This document shows positions 10,895-21,111 of a DNA stretch of 47,314 nt, piece after piece; the stretch's first letter is position 1; the number at the start of each line of letters is the position of its first letter. The DNA is from an uncultured Thiohalomonas sp. (GTDB lineage Bacteria; Pseudomonadota; Gammaproteobacteria; Thiohalomonadales; Thiohalomonadaceae), in assembly GCA_964421235.1 (NCBI GenBank), contig CAYQWR010000002.1, positions 1 to 47,314 of the forward strand, in the 5' to 3' direction. The position numbers and the translations under genes were made by a program. The notes beneath the pieces were generated by a model. That model searched no databases. It had not been told where the DNA came from and saw only the letters and a program-made list of their open reading frames with translations.

Positions 10895-11011
10895 TTGGCG
10901 TAAGCTCAATTCGCGCGCCCGGGATGGGGCGCCGGTAATCACCAGAGCGCTTCCCATGCAGCGACGAATTAGCTTGGAGGCGAGGTACCGTGGAGAGGGG
11001 AGGAGGGGAGC

Positions 11012-11308
11012 ATGGCGAAGACGATCTATGTTGGTAATCTGCCGTTCAGTGCCAGTGTGGACGAAGTGCAGGAATTGTTTGCACGTTTTGGCGAAGTGAC
11101 CTCGGTCAAGTTCGTGGACGATCGCGATACCGGGCGCTTCCGCGGCTTCTGTTTTGTCGACATGACCAGCGGCGCGGAAGAGGCCATCCGCGATCTCGAC
11201 GGCAAGGACTTCGGCGGCCGCGCGCTGCGGGTCAATGAAGCCAAAGAGCGTCCGCCCCGCAGCGGCGGCAACGGCCCGCGGCGTCGCTCCCCTTACGGTT
11301 CTGCCTGA
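11012..11308 (+). CDS. RRM (RNP-1) RNA-binding protein
   Basis: RNP2 IYVGNL, RNP1 RGFCFV, LRVNEA, Arg/Gly-rich tail; strong RBS. Confidence 0.93.
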   Translation: MAKTIYVGNLPFSASVDEVQELFARFGEVTSVKFVDDRDTGRFRGFCFVDMTSGAEEAIRDLDGKDFGGRALRVNEAKERPPRSGGNGPRRRSPYGSA

Positions 11309-11368
11309 TATTGATGGGCTTTAAGCGGTTGCCGCTGTCCCGCTCGCGGTTTCGGTCTTCGTCGCGAC

Positions 11369-12589
11369 GTGGATGATGCCCGTCAACAACTGCTCCGCGT
11401 CTATGCTGCGGTCCTGAAGGCCGTGGACGGCGCGGCGGCCGTACACAATCGCCTTGTTCATGCGCAGCTCGGGCAGGCGGTGCATCTGGTCGCAATCGGC
11501 AAGGCGGCGGTTGCGATGGCCCATGGCGCCTGTGACGCGCTGGGCGATCGCCTGGCGGCGGCACTGGTGATCACCAAGCATGGTTACGGCGACCCGGACT
11601 GGCGCGACCCGCGCGTGACGCTGCTCGAAGCGGGACACCCGCTGCCCGATGCGGAGAGTCTGGCGGCTGGAGATCGCCTGCTGCAGTTCATCCAGCAGGC
11701 GCCGGCCGACGCCCCCTTTGTCTTTCTCATCTCCGGCGGTGCGTCCGCGCTGGTCGAGGTGTTGCCGGCGGGCGTGGGCTTGGAGCAGTTGCGCGCGGCC
11801 AACGAATGGTTGTTGGGTTGCGGCTGGGAGATCGCGCGCATCAACCATATTCGCCGTGCATTGTCCTGCATCAAGGGGGGCCGGCTGGCCCGTCATCTGG
11901 GCGAACGTCCGGTGCTCAATCTGCTGCTCTCCGACGTGCCGGGCGATGATCCGGCCGTCATCGGCTCTGGGCTGCTGGTGCCCGATCCGCTGCTGTCGTC
12001 GCCGCTGCCTGACGCAGTGCCCGCGTGGCTGCGCTCATTGGCGGCCCGGACGCCGGCGCCGCCGACGGCTGTCGCCGCCGTCACGACCGAAGTGCTGTTG
12101 TCCAATCGCGACGCCCGTGTGGCCGCGCTGGCCGCCGCCATCGCCAACGGCTGGCAGGTCCACGCCGTGCCCGGACTGGTGACCGGCGATGCGCTGGAGC
12201 GGGGACGGGAATTGGCCGCCTCGCTGCTGGCCGGACCCCACGGCCTCTACATCCTGGGCGGGGAGACCACGGTACGACTTCCGGCAGTGCCGGGCCGCGG
12301 CGGCCGCTGCCAGGCGCTGGCGCTGGCGGCGGCACAGCTGCTGAGCGGACACGAGGAGTGCTATTTCCTCGCCGCGGGTACCGACGGCAGCGACGGCCCG
12401 ACCGAGGACGGCGGTGCGCTGGTCGACGGCGGCACCATTGCTCGCGGTGCGCTCGGCGGTCTCGATGCCGACGAGTGCCTCGCCCGCGCCGATGCCGGCA
12501 GTTTTCTCGAGGCCAGCGGCGACCTGATCCAGACCGGCCCTACCGGCAGCAACGTGATGGACGTGATCCTGGCGCTGAAGACGGTATGA
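11369..12589 (+). CDS. glycerate kinase type 2 (TtuD/MOFRL family)
   Basis: AIGKAA, GHPLPD, LISGGASAL, IKGGRL, GGETTV, GTDGSDG, TGPTGSNVMD. Confidence 0.9.
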   Translation: MDDARQQLLRVYAAVLKAVDGAAAVHNRLVHAQLGQAVHLVAIGKAAVAMAHGACDALGDRLAAALVITKHGYGDPDWRDPRVTLLEAGHPLPDAESLAAGDRLLQFIQQAPADAPFVFLISGGASALVEVLPAGVGLEQLRAANEWLLGCGWEIARINHIRRALSCIKGGRLARHLGERPVLNLLLSDVPGDDPAVIGSGLLVPDPLLSSPLPDAVPAWLRSLAARTPAPPTAVAAVTTEVLLSNRDARVAALAAAIANGWQVHAVPGLVTGDALERGRELAASLLAGPHGLYILGGETTVRLPAVPGRGGRCQALALAAAQLLSGHEECYFLAAGTDGSDGPTEDGGALVDGGTIARGALGGLDADECLARADAGSFLEASGDLIQTGPTGSNVMDVILALKTV

Positions 12590-12633
12590 CTGCACCCCTC
12601 AATGGTTAAACCATCCCCTCGGGCTGCTATACA

Positions 12634-13446
12634 ATGCACGCCATGAAAGACGACAACCTGTTCGATTCTGCGCTGACCTGCCTGCTCTCCTGCGAGGCCG
12701 AGGAGAAGGTGGCGCTGACACGGGCCACCGCCGCCGCCTGGCGCGAGCGGCGGTTGCCACGCGCATCCGAGGCGCCCGCCGTTACCGTTACCGAGCCGGG
12801 GCGACCGGCACGGTTGCGGCTGGTGCGTCCGCGGGAGCTGCCGCGTCGGCGTCCCGACAGCGTCGAGGGGCGGGCGATCCTGTTTCACGCCCTGACCCAC
12901 ATCGAGTTCAACGCGATCAACCTGGCATGGGACGCGGTGTACCGCTTCCGCGATATGCCGGACGACTATTACGACGACTGGGTCCGGGTGGCGGCGGAGG
13001 AGGCGGAGCACTTTGAGCTGCTGCACCGCCATCTCAACGGCCTCGGCGCCCGCTACGGCGATTGGCCCGGCCACAACGGCCTGTGGGAGATGGCGCTCAA
13101 GACCGCCCACGATCCGCTGGTGCGCATGGCCTTGGTGCCGCGCTGTCTGGAGGCGCGCGGGCTGGACGTCAATCCCGGTATCAAGGCCAAATTGGCGGCG
13201 GCCGGCGACAGCGCGGGCGGTGCCCTGCTGGATATCATTCTGCGTGACGAGGTGGGGCACGTGGCGATCGGCGATCGCTGGTTTCGCTATCTCTGCGCGC
13301 AGCGCGACATCGAACCGGAAGGTCGCTACCGCGAGTTGCTCGACGCGTATATGAAGGCCCCGCCAAAGGGGCCGTTTCACCTGGAGGCGCGACGACGCGC
13401 GGGTTTTTCCGAGGCGGAGCTGGCATATCTGCAGGGGGCAGGATGA
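12634..13446 (+). CDS. ferritin-like DUF455 protein (start may be 12643)
   Basis: HALTHIEFNAINLAWDA, EEAEHF, LEARGLD and DEVGHV diiron-type motifs. Confidence 0.88.
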   Translation: MHAMKDDNLFDSALTCLLSCEAEEKVALTRATAAAWRERRLPRASEAPAVTVTEPGRPARLRLVRPRELPRRRPDSVEGRAILFHALTHIEFNAINLAWDAVYRFRDMPDDYYDDWVRVAAEEAEHFELLHRHLNGLGARYGDWPGHNGLWEMALKTAHDPLVRMALVPRCLEARGLDVNPGIKAKLAAAGDSAGGALLDIILRDEVGHVAIGDRWFRYLCAQRDIEPEGRYRELLDAYMKAPPKGPFHLEARRRAGFSEAELAYLQGAG

Positions 13447-14162
13447 GCGCGAAACCGATGATGCGTTGCCGGTGGTTGGCGGGACTGCTGTTTGGGCTGG
13501 TTGCACTGCCTGCGTTCGCCGGGCAGACGGCGACGATGCTGTTGTATCAGGTGACGGAACCGGGGCTGGAGCCGTACAGCTCGCGCATCCTGGTTACGCC
13601 CCACTATCTGCGGATGGATGACGGCAGCGCGCAGGGTGACTATCTACTGTTCAATCGCGACAGCCGCATCATCTACAGCGTCACCCACAGCGACGGTACG
13701 GTGCTGGAGATCCATCCGCGGCCGGTGACCATCAAGTCGCCGCTGCCGTTGCACATGGGGGAAGCGGAGGTACCGGACGGCAAAGGTGCGCCGGCGATCG
13801 GCGGCAAGACGCCGCATCGCTATCGCCTCAGCGTCAACGGCGCATTGTGCTATCAGGTGGTGGCGGTCCCCGGGCTGCTCACGGACGCGGTCAAGGCGCT
13901 GCGCGCCTATCGCGCAGTGCTGGCGGGGGAAAATGCGCGCGTGTTGCCGCGTATTCCCGCCGATATGAACGACCCCTGCGACCTGGCGCTGAACACCTTC
14001 GCGCCCGATTGGCAGCTCAAGTTCGGCCTGCCGATCCAGGAGTGGGATCCGCACGGCAAGGGACAGCAGCTGATGGATTTCAACGCCGCCTATCCGGTGC
14101 AGCCGTCGTTGTTCGTTCTGCCGCCGAAGTTTCGCCACTATACGCCGCAGGAGACACCTTAG
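13443..14162 (+). CDS. hypothetical exported protein
   Basis: Signal peptide (LLFGLVALPAFA); ATGA overlap with the upstream stop codon. Confidence 0.75.
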   Translation: MSAKPMMRCRWLAGLLFGLVALPAFAGQTATMLLYQVTEPGLEPYSSRILVTPHYLRMDDGSAQGDYLLFNRDSRIIYSVTHSDGTVLEIHPRPVTIKSPLPLHMGEAEVPDGKGAPAIGGKTPHRYRLSVNGALCYQVVAVPGLLTDAVKALRAYRAVLAGENARVLPRIPADMNDPCDLALNTFAPDWQLKFGLPIQEWDPHGKGQQLMDFNAAYPVQPSLFVLPPKFRHYTPQETP

Positions 14163-14355
14163 CTGTTGATGTCGGGGCCAGAGCGCCAGGCTGTGGCGTA
14201 GGCCGATGCGGGCGTTGCTGAACCGTGCGAGAACAGCGGTTTTCTTTTGGGGAAATATCAAAATCCGAACCCTCGGTAAGACGCCAAGAGAAAGGGATTT
14301 TTTTAGCCTTTTCGCTGGGACCGGTGGTTGGCGATTGCCTGACGCGGGTGGCGGT

Positions 14356-15063
14356 TCAACACGCCTCCAGCCGGCAACCCTCTGCGTCGCACACCAGGAC
14401 GCTGCCCTGCTCATCCCATGCCCCCAGCGTCAGCCGCTGGGCGCCGTGGGGCAGGGTGTGAATGGCGGGGCGGTGCGTGTGGCCGTGGATCAGGCGCGCG
14501 ACGTGGTAGTCGTGCAGGTAGCTCTCGACGGTTGCGGCGTTGACGTCCATCAGGTACTCCTCCTTTCGGCTTACCTCCTGGCGGCTCTGTGTACGCAGCT
14601 GCTGCGCCAGAGCTGTGCGCTCCTGCGGCGGCCGGGCCAGAAACGCCGCCGCCCATTGCGGCGTACGCAGTTCGCGGCGGAAGGCCTGATAGGCGAGGTC
14701 GTCGCTGCACAGCAGATCGCCGTGCGTCAGCAGCGTGGGGCGCCCGTGGAGATCGATTACCGTCGGGTCCGTTAGCAGGCGGCAACCGGTGCGACGGCAG
14801 AAATCGTCGCCCAACAGGAAATCGCGATTGCCGTGCATCAGGTAAACCGGCACACCGCTGTCGGTGAGCGCGCGCAGCGCGTCGACGGCACCCTGATATT
14901 CCGCTGGTACGAAGTCGTCACCGAGCCACGCCTCGAACAGATCGCCGAGAATATACAGTGCGTCGGCCGCGGTCGCGCGCTCCGCCAGGAAGCGGCGAAA
15001 CAGCGCATCGGCCGCGGTGCGTTCGCCCTGCAGATGCAGGTCGGAAATGAACAGGGTCGCCAT
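14356..15063 (-). CDS. lpxH: UDP-2,3-diacylglucosamine hydrolase
   Basis: FISDLHL, LGDLFEAWLGDD, GNRDFL, HGD, HGHTHRP; downstream of ppiB. Confidence 0.96.
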   Translation of the reverse strand: MATLFISDLHLQGERTAADALFRRFLAERATAADALYILGDLFEAWLGDDFVPAEYQGAVDALRALTDSGVPVYLMHGNRDFLLGDDFCRRTGCRLLTDPTVIDLHGRPTLLTHGDLLCSDDLAYQAFRRELRTPQWAAAFLARPPQERTALAQQLRTQSRQEVSRKEEYLMDVNAATVESYLHDYHVARLIHGHTHRPAIHTLPHGAQRLTLGAWDEQGSVLVCDAEGCRLEAC

Positions 15064-15073
15064 CGGTAGCGGT

Positions 15074-15568
15074 TTACTCGACCTCTTCCACTTTCTCGAT
15101 GATTACCGGTTCGACGGGGACGTCCTGGTGGAAACCGGTGTTGGTGGTGGGGACCGCCCGAATGCGATCCACCACGTCCATGCCGTCGACCACCGTGCCG
15201 AACACGCAATAGCCCCAGCCGTCCGGGGTGGGCGCGCGATGGTTGAGAAAAGTGTTATCGACGACGTTGATGAAGAATTGGGCGGTGGCCGAGTGCGGGT
15301 CCGAAGTGCGCGCCATGGCGATGGTGCCGCGCTGGTTGGCGAGGCCGTTGTCCGCTTCGTTCTTGATCGGTTCGTGGGTCGGCTTGTTGGCCATGTTGGT
15401 GCTGAGGCCGCCGCCCTGGATCATGAAGTTGCTGATGACGCGATGGAAAATGGTGTCTTGGTAAAAGCCTTCGCGTACGTAGCGCAGGAAATTTTCCACC
15501 GTAACCGGCGCCTTGGCGGCGTCCAGTTCGATGGTGATGACGCCTTGGCTGGTATGCATTTTAATCAT
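15074..15568 (-). CDS. ppiB: cytoplasmic cyclophilin peptidyl-prolyl isomerase
   Basis: [32 protein letters not shown]; no signal peptide. Confidence 0.93.
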   Translation of the reverse strand: MIKMHTSQGVITIELDAAKAPVTVENFLRYVREGFYQDTIFHRVISNFMIQGGGLSTNMANKPTHEPIKNEADNGLANQRGTIAMARTSDPHSATAQFFINVVDNTFLNHRAPTPDGWGYCVFGTVVDGMDVVDRIRAVPTTNTGFHQDVPVEPVIIEKVEEVE

Positions 15569-15569
15569 C

Positions 15570-16175
15570 TTAGTGGGCTCCTGATTTATTTGTGGCATCG
15601 GTCTCGACCAGCGCCTTCTTGATGAGAATCGTCTGCTGCGGCACGTCGCGCGGGAACGGACCGCCGGGACCGGTAGGGGTATCCTTGATGCGCCGCACCG
15701 TATCCATGCCCTTAATCACGCGACCGAACACCGCATAGCCCCAGCCGCGCGGCGTCTTGGCGCGAAAATCGAGGAAATCGTTGTTGGCTACATTGATGAA
15801 GAACTGCGCAGAGGCCGACTGCGGATCACTGGTGCGCGCCATGGCGATGGTGCCGACGATGTTACGCAGGCCGTTATCCGCCTCATTGGCGATCGGCGCG
15901 TGGGTCGGTTTCTCGGAGAAATCGGCGGTATAACCACCGCCCTGAATCATGAATCCGTCGATGACGCGGTGGAAAATGGTGCCGTTGTAAAAGCCCTCGC
16001 GCACATAGCGGATAAAATTGTCCACGGTCTTGGGCGCCTTGGTGCGGTCCAGCTGCAGAACGATGTCACCCTTGCTGGTGACCAGCCGCACCAGCGGGTG
16101 GTTCGGATCGGCCGCTGCCGCACCGCTTGCCGCAGCGAACAGCAACGTGGCCAACAGGATAAACGTGCGCCGCAT
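15570..16175 (-). CDS. ppiA: periplasmic cyclophilin peptidyl-prolyl isomerase
   Basis: Signal peptide [22 protein letters not shown] plus [14 protein letters not shown]. Confidence 0.9.
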   Translation of the reverse strand: MRRTFILLATLLFAAASGAAAADPNHPLVRLVTSKGDIVLQLDRTKAPKTVDNFIRYVREGFYNGTIFHRVIDGFMIQGGGYTADFSEKPTHAPIANEADNGLRNIVGTIAMARTSDPQSASAQFFINVANNDFLDFRAKTPRGWGYAVFGRVIKGMDTVRRIKDTPTGPGGPFPRDVPQQTILIKKALVETDATNKSGAH

Positions 16176-16344
16176 GGTGTTTTTCCCCATAGTTGAATGA
16201 CACGGCATAATAACAGCTGCGGCGCGGCGGCAGAAGGCGTCGGCTGCCGTGGCTTCAGCCGGACGCCGTTTTCCGCTACCATGCGCGGCTACGCCCGCCG
16301 TCTGCCGCCGGACTGCGGCGAACGCTTTGAAGGATGAGACAGTG

Positions 16345-17754
16345 ATGACGTATCAGCACAATCTGCAGGTCACCAACAATCTGACCAAGCGTAAGGAGCC
16401 GTTCCGTCCCATCGATCCGCAACGCGTGCGCATGTATGTCTGCGGCATGACCGTGTACGACTACTGCCACATCGGCCATGCCCGGGTGATGGTGGTGTTC
16501 GACGTGGTAAACCGTTACCTGCGCAAAATTTACGGTGATGAACATGTGACCTACGTGCGCAACATTACCGACATCGACGACAAGATCATCAAGCGCGCCA
16601 ACGAAAGCGGCGAGCCGTTCACCGCGCTTACCGACCGGTTCATCGGTTTCATGAACGAAGACGCCGATGCGCTCGGCGTGCAGCGCCCCGATCAGGAGCC
16701 GCGCGCCACGCTGCACATTCGGGAGATCATCGACATGATCGCGGCGCTGGTGGAGCGCGGTTATGCCTACGCGGCGGCCAACGGCGATGTCTATTACGAC
16801 GTCAGCAGATTCGAAACGTACGGTCAGCTCTCCGGCAAGAATATCGAAGACCTGCGCGCCGGCGAGCGCGTGGCGGTGGACGAGGCCAAGGACGACCCCC
16901 TCGACTTCGTGCTGTGGAAGGCGGCGAAACCGGGCGAGCCATCGTGGGAGTCGCCGTGGGGCGCCGGGCGTCCCGGCTGGCACATCGAATGTTCGGCCAT
17001 GTCGACCCAGGCACTGGGCGCCCACTTCGATATCCACGGCGGCGGCCTCGACCTGCAGTTCCCGCATCATGAGAATGAGATCGCCCAATCCGAGGGTGCC
17101 TGCGGCTGCAAGTTCGTCAACTACTGGCTGCACAACGGTTTCGTGCGGGTGGATAACGAGAAGATGTCCAAGTCCCTGGGCAACTTCTTCACCATCCGCG
17201 ACGTGCTGAAAAAATACGATGCCGAAGTGGTGCGCTATTTTATCCTCAGCAGCCACTATCGCAGTCCGCTCAACTACTCGGACCAGCATCTGGACAATGC
17301 CAAGAACGCCCTGACCGGCCTCTATACCGCGCTGCGCGGTCTATCGCTGCCGCCGTCGGCCGATGAGGCGAGCGGCGATTATGCCGGACGTTTTTATCGG
17401 GCAATGGACGATGACTTCAACACCCCGGAGGCGCTGGCGGTGCTGTTCGAGTTGGCGCGCGAGGCCAACCGCCTGCGTGCCGCCGATGAACGCGCCGCCG
17501 CCGCGCATGGGGCGTTGTTGAAGCGGCTGGCCGGTGTGCTTGGTCTGCTGCAACGCGATGCGCAGGCGTTTCTCCAGGGGGGCGCGGCGGGAGACGGTTT
17601 GGCGGACGCGGCCATCGAGCAGTTGATCGCGCAGCGTCTCGCGGCGCGCCAGGCGAAGGATTGGGCGACGTCGGATCGCATTCGCGACGAACTGAAACAG
17701 CAGGGCATCGTGCTGGAGGACGGCGCCGGCGGCACAACCTGGCGCCGCCTCTGA
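16345..17754 (+). CDS. cysS: cysteinyl-tRNA synthetase
   Basis: [32 protein letters not shown]; divergent from the ppi genes. Confidence 0.98.
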   Translation: MTYQHNLQVTNNLTKRKEPFRPIDPQRVRMYVCGMTVYDYCHIGHARVMVVFDVVNRYLRKIYGDEHVTYVRNITDIDDKIIKRANESGEPFTALTDRFIGFMNEDADALGVQRPDQEPRATLHIREIIDMIAALVERGYAYAAANGDVYYDVSRFETYGQLSGKNIEDLRAGERVAVDEAKDDPLDFVLWKAAKPGEPSWESPWGAGRPGWHIECSAMSTQALGAHFDIHGGGLDLQFPHHENEIAQSEGACGCKFVNYWLHNGFVRVDNEKMSKSLGNFFTIRDVLKKYDAEVVRYFILSSHYRSPLNYSDQHLDNAKNALTGLYTALRGLSLPPSADEASGDYAGRFYRAMDDDFNTPEALAVLFELAREANRLRAADERAAAAHGALLKRLAGVLGLLQRDAQAFLQGGAAGDGLADAAIEQLIAQRLAARQAKDWATSDRIRDELKQQGIVLEDGAGGTTWRRL

Positions 17755-17812
17755 CGGGACGGGCGCGGGCCGCCCGGCAATAACATTGCGAACTGCGGGT
17801 GTTTTGCCCGGC

Positions 17813-17980
17813 TTAGTAGCTGCCGCCCATCCCGGCGATGGCCAGCAGACGGAACGTCGCCTCGTCCCGGACTTTCAGCGGATTGGGATTGACCGCCTCC
17901 TGCTTGTGCAGCCGCTCCAGCCGTTCGTCGCAGCAGTCCGCGATCTGTTCAAGTTGTTCGAGATAGTCTTCATACGACAT
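17813..17980 (-). CDS. small hypothetical protein (55 aa)
   Basis: GGAGG RBS ~9 nt upstream of the ATG; helical-looking sequence MSYEDYLEQLEQIADCCDERLERL...; occupies an otherwise empty gap. Confidence 0.6.
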   Translation of the reverse strand: MSYEDYLEQLEQIADCCDERLERLHKQEAVNPNPLKVRDEATFRLLAIAGMGGSY

Positions 17981-18111
17981 GGCCGGGTCCTCCGCGATGC
18001 GCCTGCAATACAGATATCGTCCGGTTCCCGCTTTCATTTAATGTCAATCTTGTGGCGCGCCCCGGGTTTGGGTAGCGTGTTGCGATTTTCATACCAACAA
18101 CGGAGTGGACC

Positions 18112-19014
18112 ATGAGCAACATTGAGCGGTTGAATCGCGATTTCGGCGCTGCGGGCGTCCGGTTCGTCGAAGGGCCCGGCGGTCTGGTGGTGGCGGAAGT
18201 GAACAACGCACACGCCGGCGCCCGTATCGCCCTGCAGGGGGCGCACGTACTGAGCTACCAGAAGAACGGCGAAGCGCCGATCATCTGGTTGAGCCGCTTT
18301 GCCAAATATGCCGTGGGCAAGTCGGTGCGCGGCGGCGTGCCGGTCTGCTGGCCCTGGTTCGGGCCACATGCGAGCAACCCGAAGTTTCCCGGCCACGGCT
18401 TTGCCCGCACCGTGCCCTGGCGCGTGGTGCAGGTCAGCGCACTGGCGGATGGCTCCACCTGTCTGGAGTTCCAGCTGGAGCAGAGCGCGGAGACCCGCGC
18501 CCAGTGGCCCCATGCGTCCGACGTGCGCAACATCGTCACGGTCGGCGCCAAGCTGACGGTGGAGCTGCTCACCACCAACACCGGCAGCGAAGCATTTCCC
18601 TTGGGGCAGGCACTCCACACCTACTTTGACATCGGCGACGTTCGGCGCGCTGTCGTCAACGGCCTCGACGGTTGCGACTATATCGACAAGGTCGACGGCG
18701 GCCGGCGCAAGCGGCAGCAAGGCGCCGTTACCTTCCACGGCGAAACAGACCGTATTTACCTGGCCACCGGCAATCGCTGCGAGATCAAGGATCCGGCCAT
18801 GAACCGCACCATCGTGATCGAAAGCCGTGGTAGCCGGTCGACGGTGGTTTGGAACCCGTGGCACGAAAAGGCCGACAAGATGGGCGACTTCGGGCCGGAC
18901 GGCTGGACAGGTATGGTCTGCGTCGAGACCGCCAACGCGGCGGACGACATCCGCACGCTGGCCCCCGGCGACCGGCACAGCCTCACGGCAATCTACGCCA
19001 GCGCACCGCTGTAA
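18112..19014 (+). CDS. D-hexose-6-phosphate mutarotase (YeaD/aldose 1-epimerase family)
   Basis: QGAHVLS, RGGVPVCWPWFG, HGFAR, ALHTYF, VVWNPW, MVCVE. Confidence 0.92.
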   Translation: MSNIERLNRDFGAAGVRFVEGPGGLVVAEVNNAHAGARIALQGAHVLSYQKNGEAPIIWLSRFAKYAVGKSVRGGVPVCWPWFGPHASNPKFPGHGFARTVPWRVVQVSALADGSTCLEFQLEQSAETRAQWPHASDVRNIVTVGAKLTVELLTTNTGSEAFPLGQALHTYFDIGDVRRAVVNGLDGCDYIDKVDGGRRKRQQGAVTFHGETDRIYLATGNRCEIKDPAMNRTIVIESRGSRSTVVWNPWHEKADKMGDFGPDGWTGMVCVETANAADDIRTLAPGDRHSLTAIYASAPL

Positions 19015-19172
19015 CACCCTGCAACATCGTACCGCCGCCGTCGTGCGGCGGTGAACGGATATTCTCGGGTGGTTTCGCGGTCTATGCTTGTATCGAGGCT
19101 GCCGCACGACCCGTGCGGGTCGCGCGGCAGCTCTTCCGAACCCATACCAAACGGACCTTTGCGAGGTGGGTA

Positions 19173-20015
19173 ATGGCGAGCCGTAATGGATCATCCGGCG
19201 CGGTACTGCGCTGGTTAGTGGACGAATTGCCGTTCGAGCGGATCGAGCGTGAACGTGTGGCCGACGACGCCTATCTGTTCTATTTCCTGGCCAGCGCCTC
19301 CTTCGTCGAGATCACCAGCGACCTGTATACGCGCGGTCTGCTCGAATATTACGCAGGCGATCAGGCGGTGAGCGAATGGTTGCGGCACGAGTGGGAGCCG
19401 CAAGAGCTGCAGCACGGGGCGGCGTTGCGCCGCTATGTCGAGACGGCGTGGCCCGATTTCGACTGGGCCGCGAGCTATGAAGCGTTCCGCGACGCTTATG
19501 CCCCGCTGTGCAAGCCGGAACTGCTGGGGCCGACTCGCGGTTTGGAGTTGGCGGCGCGCTGCGTCGTGGAAACCGGCACCGCCACCATCTACACCATGAT
19601 CCGCGACCTGACCGACGAGCCGGTGCTGCGTCAGCTGACAGCGCTGATTCGTACCGACGAGGTCAGCCACTATGGCCACTTCTTCCAGCATTTCAAACGC
19701 TATCGCGACGTCGAAGGGCTACGGCGTACCCAGATCCTCCGCACCCTGTGGGGACGCATCGCCGAGATCGACAACGAAGATGCCTGGTACGCCTTCCGCA
19801 GTGTCTACAACACGACTTTTCCGGGAACGGATGCGGTCGCTGCATATCGCGACTACCGCTTGCATATCCACGGACAGATGCGGCGCCATTATCCCTTCGA
19901 CATGGCAGCGACCATGCTGCTCAAGCCGCTGGCGCTGAACCGCCACCTGCAAAAGCTCTCTGTGCCGGTGCTGTCCGGCAGCGCAAAACGGCTGATCGGC
20001 GCCAGGTTCCATTGA
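19173..20015 (+). CDS. ferritin-like diiron protein
   Basis: SFVE, QELQHG, VETGT and DEVSHY paired ExxH-type ligands. Confidence 0.8.
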   Translation: MASRNGSSGAVLRWLVDELPFERIERERVADDAYLFYFLASASFVEITSDLYTRGLLEYYAGDQAVSEWLRHEWEPQELQHGAALRRYVETAWPDFDWAASYEAFRDAYAPLCKPELLGPTRGLELAARCVVETGTATIYTMIRDLTDEPVLRQLTALIRTDEVSHYGHFFQHFKRYRDVEGLRRTQILRTLWGRIAEIDNEDAWYAFRSVYNTTFPGTDAVAAYRDYRLHIHGQMRRHYPFDMAATMLLKPLALNRHLQKLSVPVLSGSAKRLIGARFH

Positions 20016-20075
20016 TACGGATGGAGTACTCGCCGCGGCATTCGCGGTGCGGTCGCTGCCATCGTTGGTGTTGCG

Positions 20076-20792
20076 TCAGCCGCGGGTACGGAAGAATCCG
20101 GTGAGGCTCATGCGCTCGCGGCCGGCGGGCAATACTTCATGCCAGCGACCCTCGGTGACGAAGACGGCGAGCGTGCCCACCTGCGGCAGGACGTCGATAT
20201 ACGGGCCCTCGCCCGTCGCATCGAGATAGAGGCGTAAAGCGCCGCCGTCAGTCGCCTGCCAGTCGTCGTTGAGATAGAGGACGCAGGTGACGGTTCGTTG
20301 GCCGCCTTCCCGGAGATGATCGTCGGCGCCGGCAGCGGCGTGCGCCGATGCCTCCTGGGCAAATCGATTGGCGCCGCCACGGAAACGATCGAGGTGTTTG
20401 GTGTAGAACTTTCCCGCCGGATAGACCGCGAAGAAGGCTTCGTAGTCGAACAACCCGAGAAACAGCTCGCTGTTGATTGCCTGGCGCAGGCGTTCCAGCG
20501 CCGCGAAGTAGCGTTGCTGTTGCGGCGTATCGGGAATGGTCGGATCGAGCCAGTGGACGTGGTCGCCGCGCAGCTCGGGGCGGATCTTCAATTCAGCGCC
20601 GCGACCGACGCCGGCATGGCGGAAGTCGCCGCCGTCCCAGCGCACGCGGCATTCGGCGCGCAGCAGCGCCACCTCCTGCGCGGAAAAATACCCTTCGGTA
20701 ATCGACCAGCCGCGGGTGGTCAGCGCCTGCACGATATGAGCGTTGCGCTGGTCGTAACACGCAGCAGTGCTGTCGCTGACGGGTGCCTGCAT
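20076..20792 (-). CDS. 2OG-Fe(II) oxygenase, prolyl-hydroxylase-like
   Basis: RGDHVHWL, HLD iron motif, VLYLN, GGALRL, HEVLP...RMSLTGF. Confidence 0.9.
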   Translation of the reverse strand: MQAPVSDSTAACYDQRNAHIVQALTTRGWSITEGYFSAQEVALLRAECRVRWDGGDFRHAGVGRGAELKIRPELRGDHVHWLDPTIPDTPQQQRYFAALERLRQAINSELFLGLFDYEAFFAVYPAGKFYTKHLDRFRGGANRFAQEASAHAAAGADDHLREGGQRTVTCVLYLNDDWQATDGGALRLYLDATGEGPYIDVLPQVGTLAVFVTEGRWHEVLPAGRERMSLTGFFRTRG

Positions 20793-21111
20793 GATGGCCT
20801 TGCGGTTATTGTTCAGTGGTGACGCGAATGGTGGAGATGCCCGACGTGGGCCGGTGCGCTGAGGCGAATGAGGGTAGGCAGCGATGCCCCGCGATCATGC
20901 CCACGATGGCTGGTAGCCGCTGATGGAACATGAACCGCAGCAGCATTTTGGCACCGTTATGGTTGGGTAAATTCGCGCGATTATAGAGTGGGTCCGCAGG
21001 GAAGGGTACGACTATTTTCAGGAGGCGTCGGGGGGCAGACCGACGGCCCTCAAGATGCTGCAAGCCCGCCGCCGCAGGCGATGGAGACCGGGCCTGCCGG
21101 GGCGGGCGGTC

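Noticed and set aside
4705-10957. Long antisense ORFs (4705-6186, 7047-8363, 8174-9838, 9851-10957 and similar ones elsewhere)
   Set aside because: They are shadows of well-supported genes in high-GC DNA and show no recognisable motifs.
14163-14355. AT-rich convergent intergenic region with short inverted repeats (aaaatcc/ggatttt, tttcttttgg/ccaagagaaa)
   Set aside because: The stems are weak and mutually exclusive and match no RNA family I recognise; at most a terminator.
20806-21063. Small minus-strand ORF between folD and the oxygenase
   Set aside because: It has no RBS or motif and more likely forms the oxygenase promoter/leader (a minus-strand TATAAT lies near 20980).
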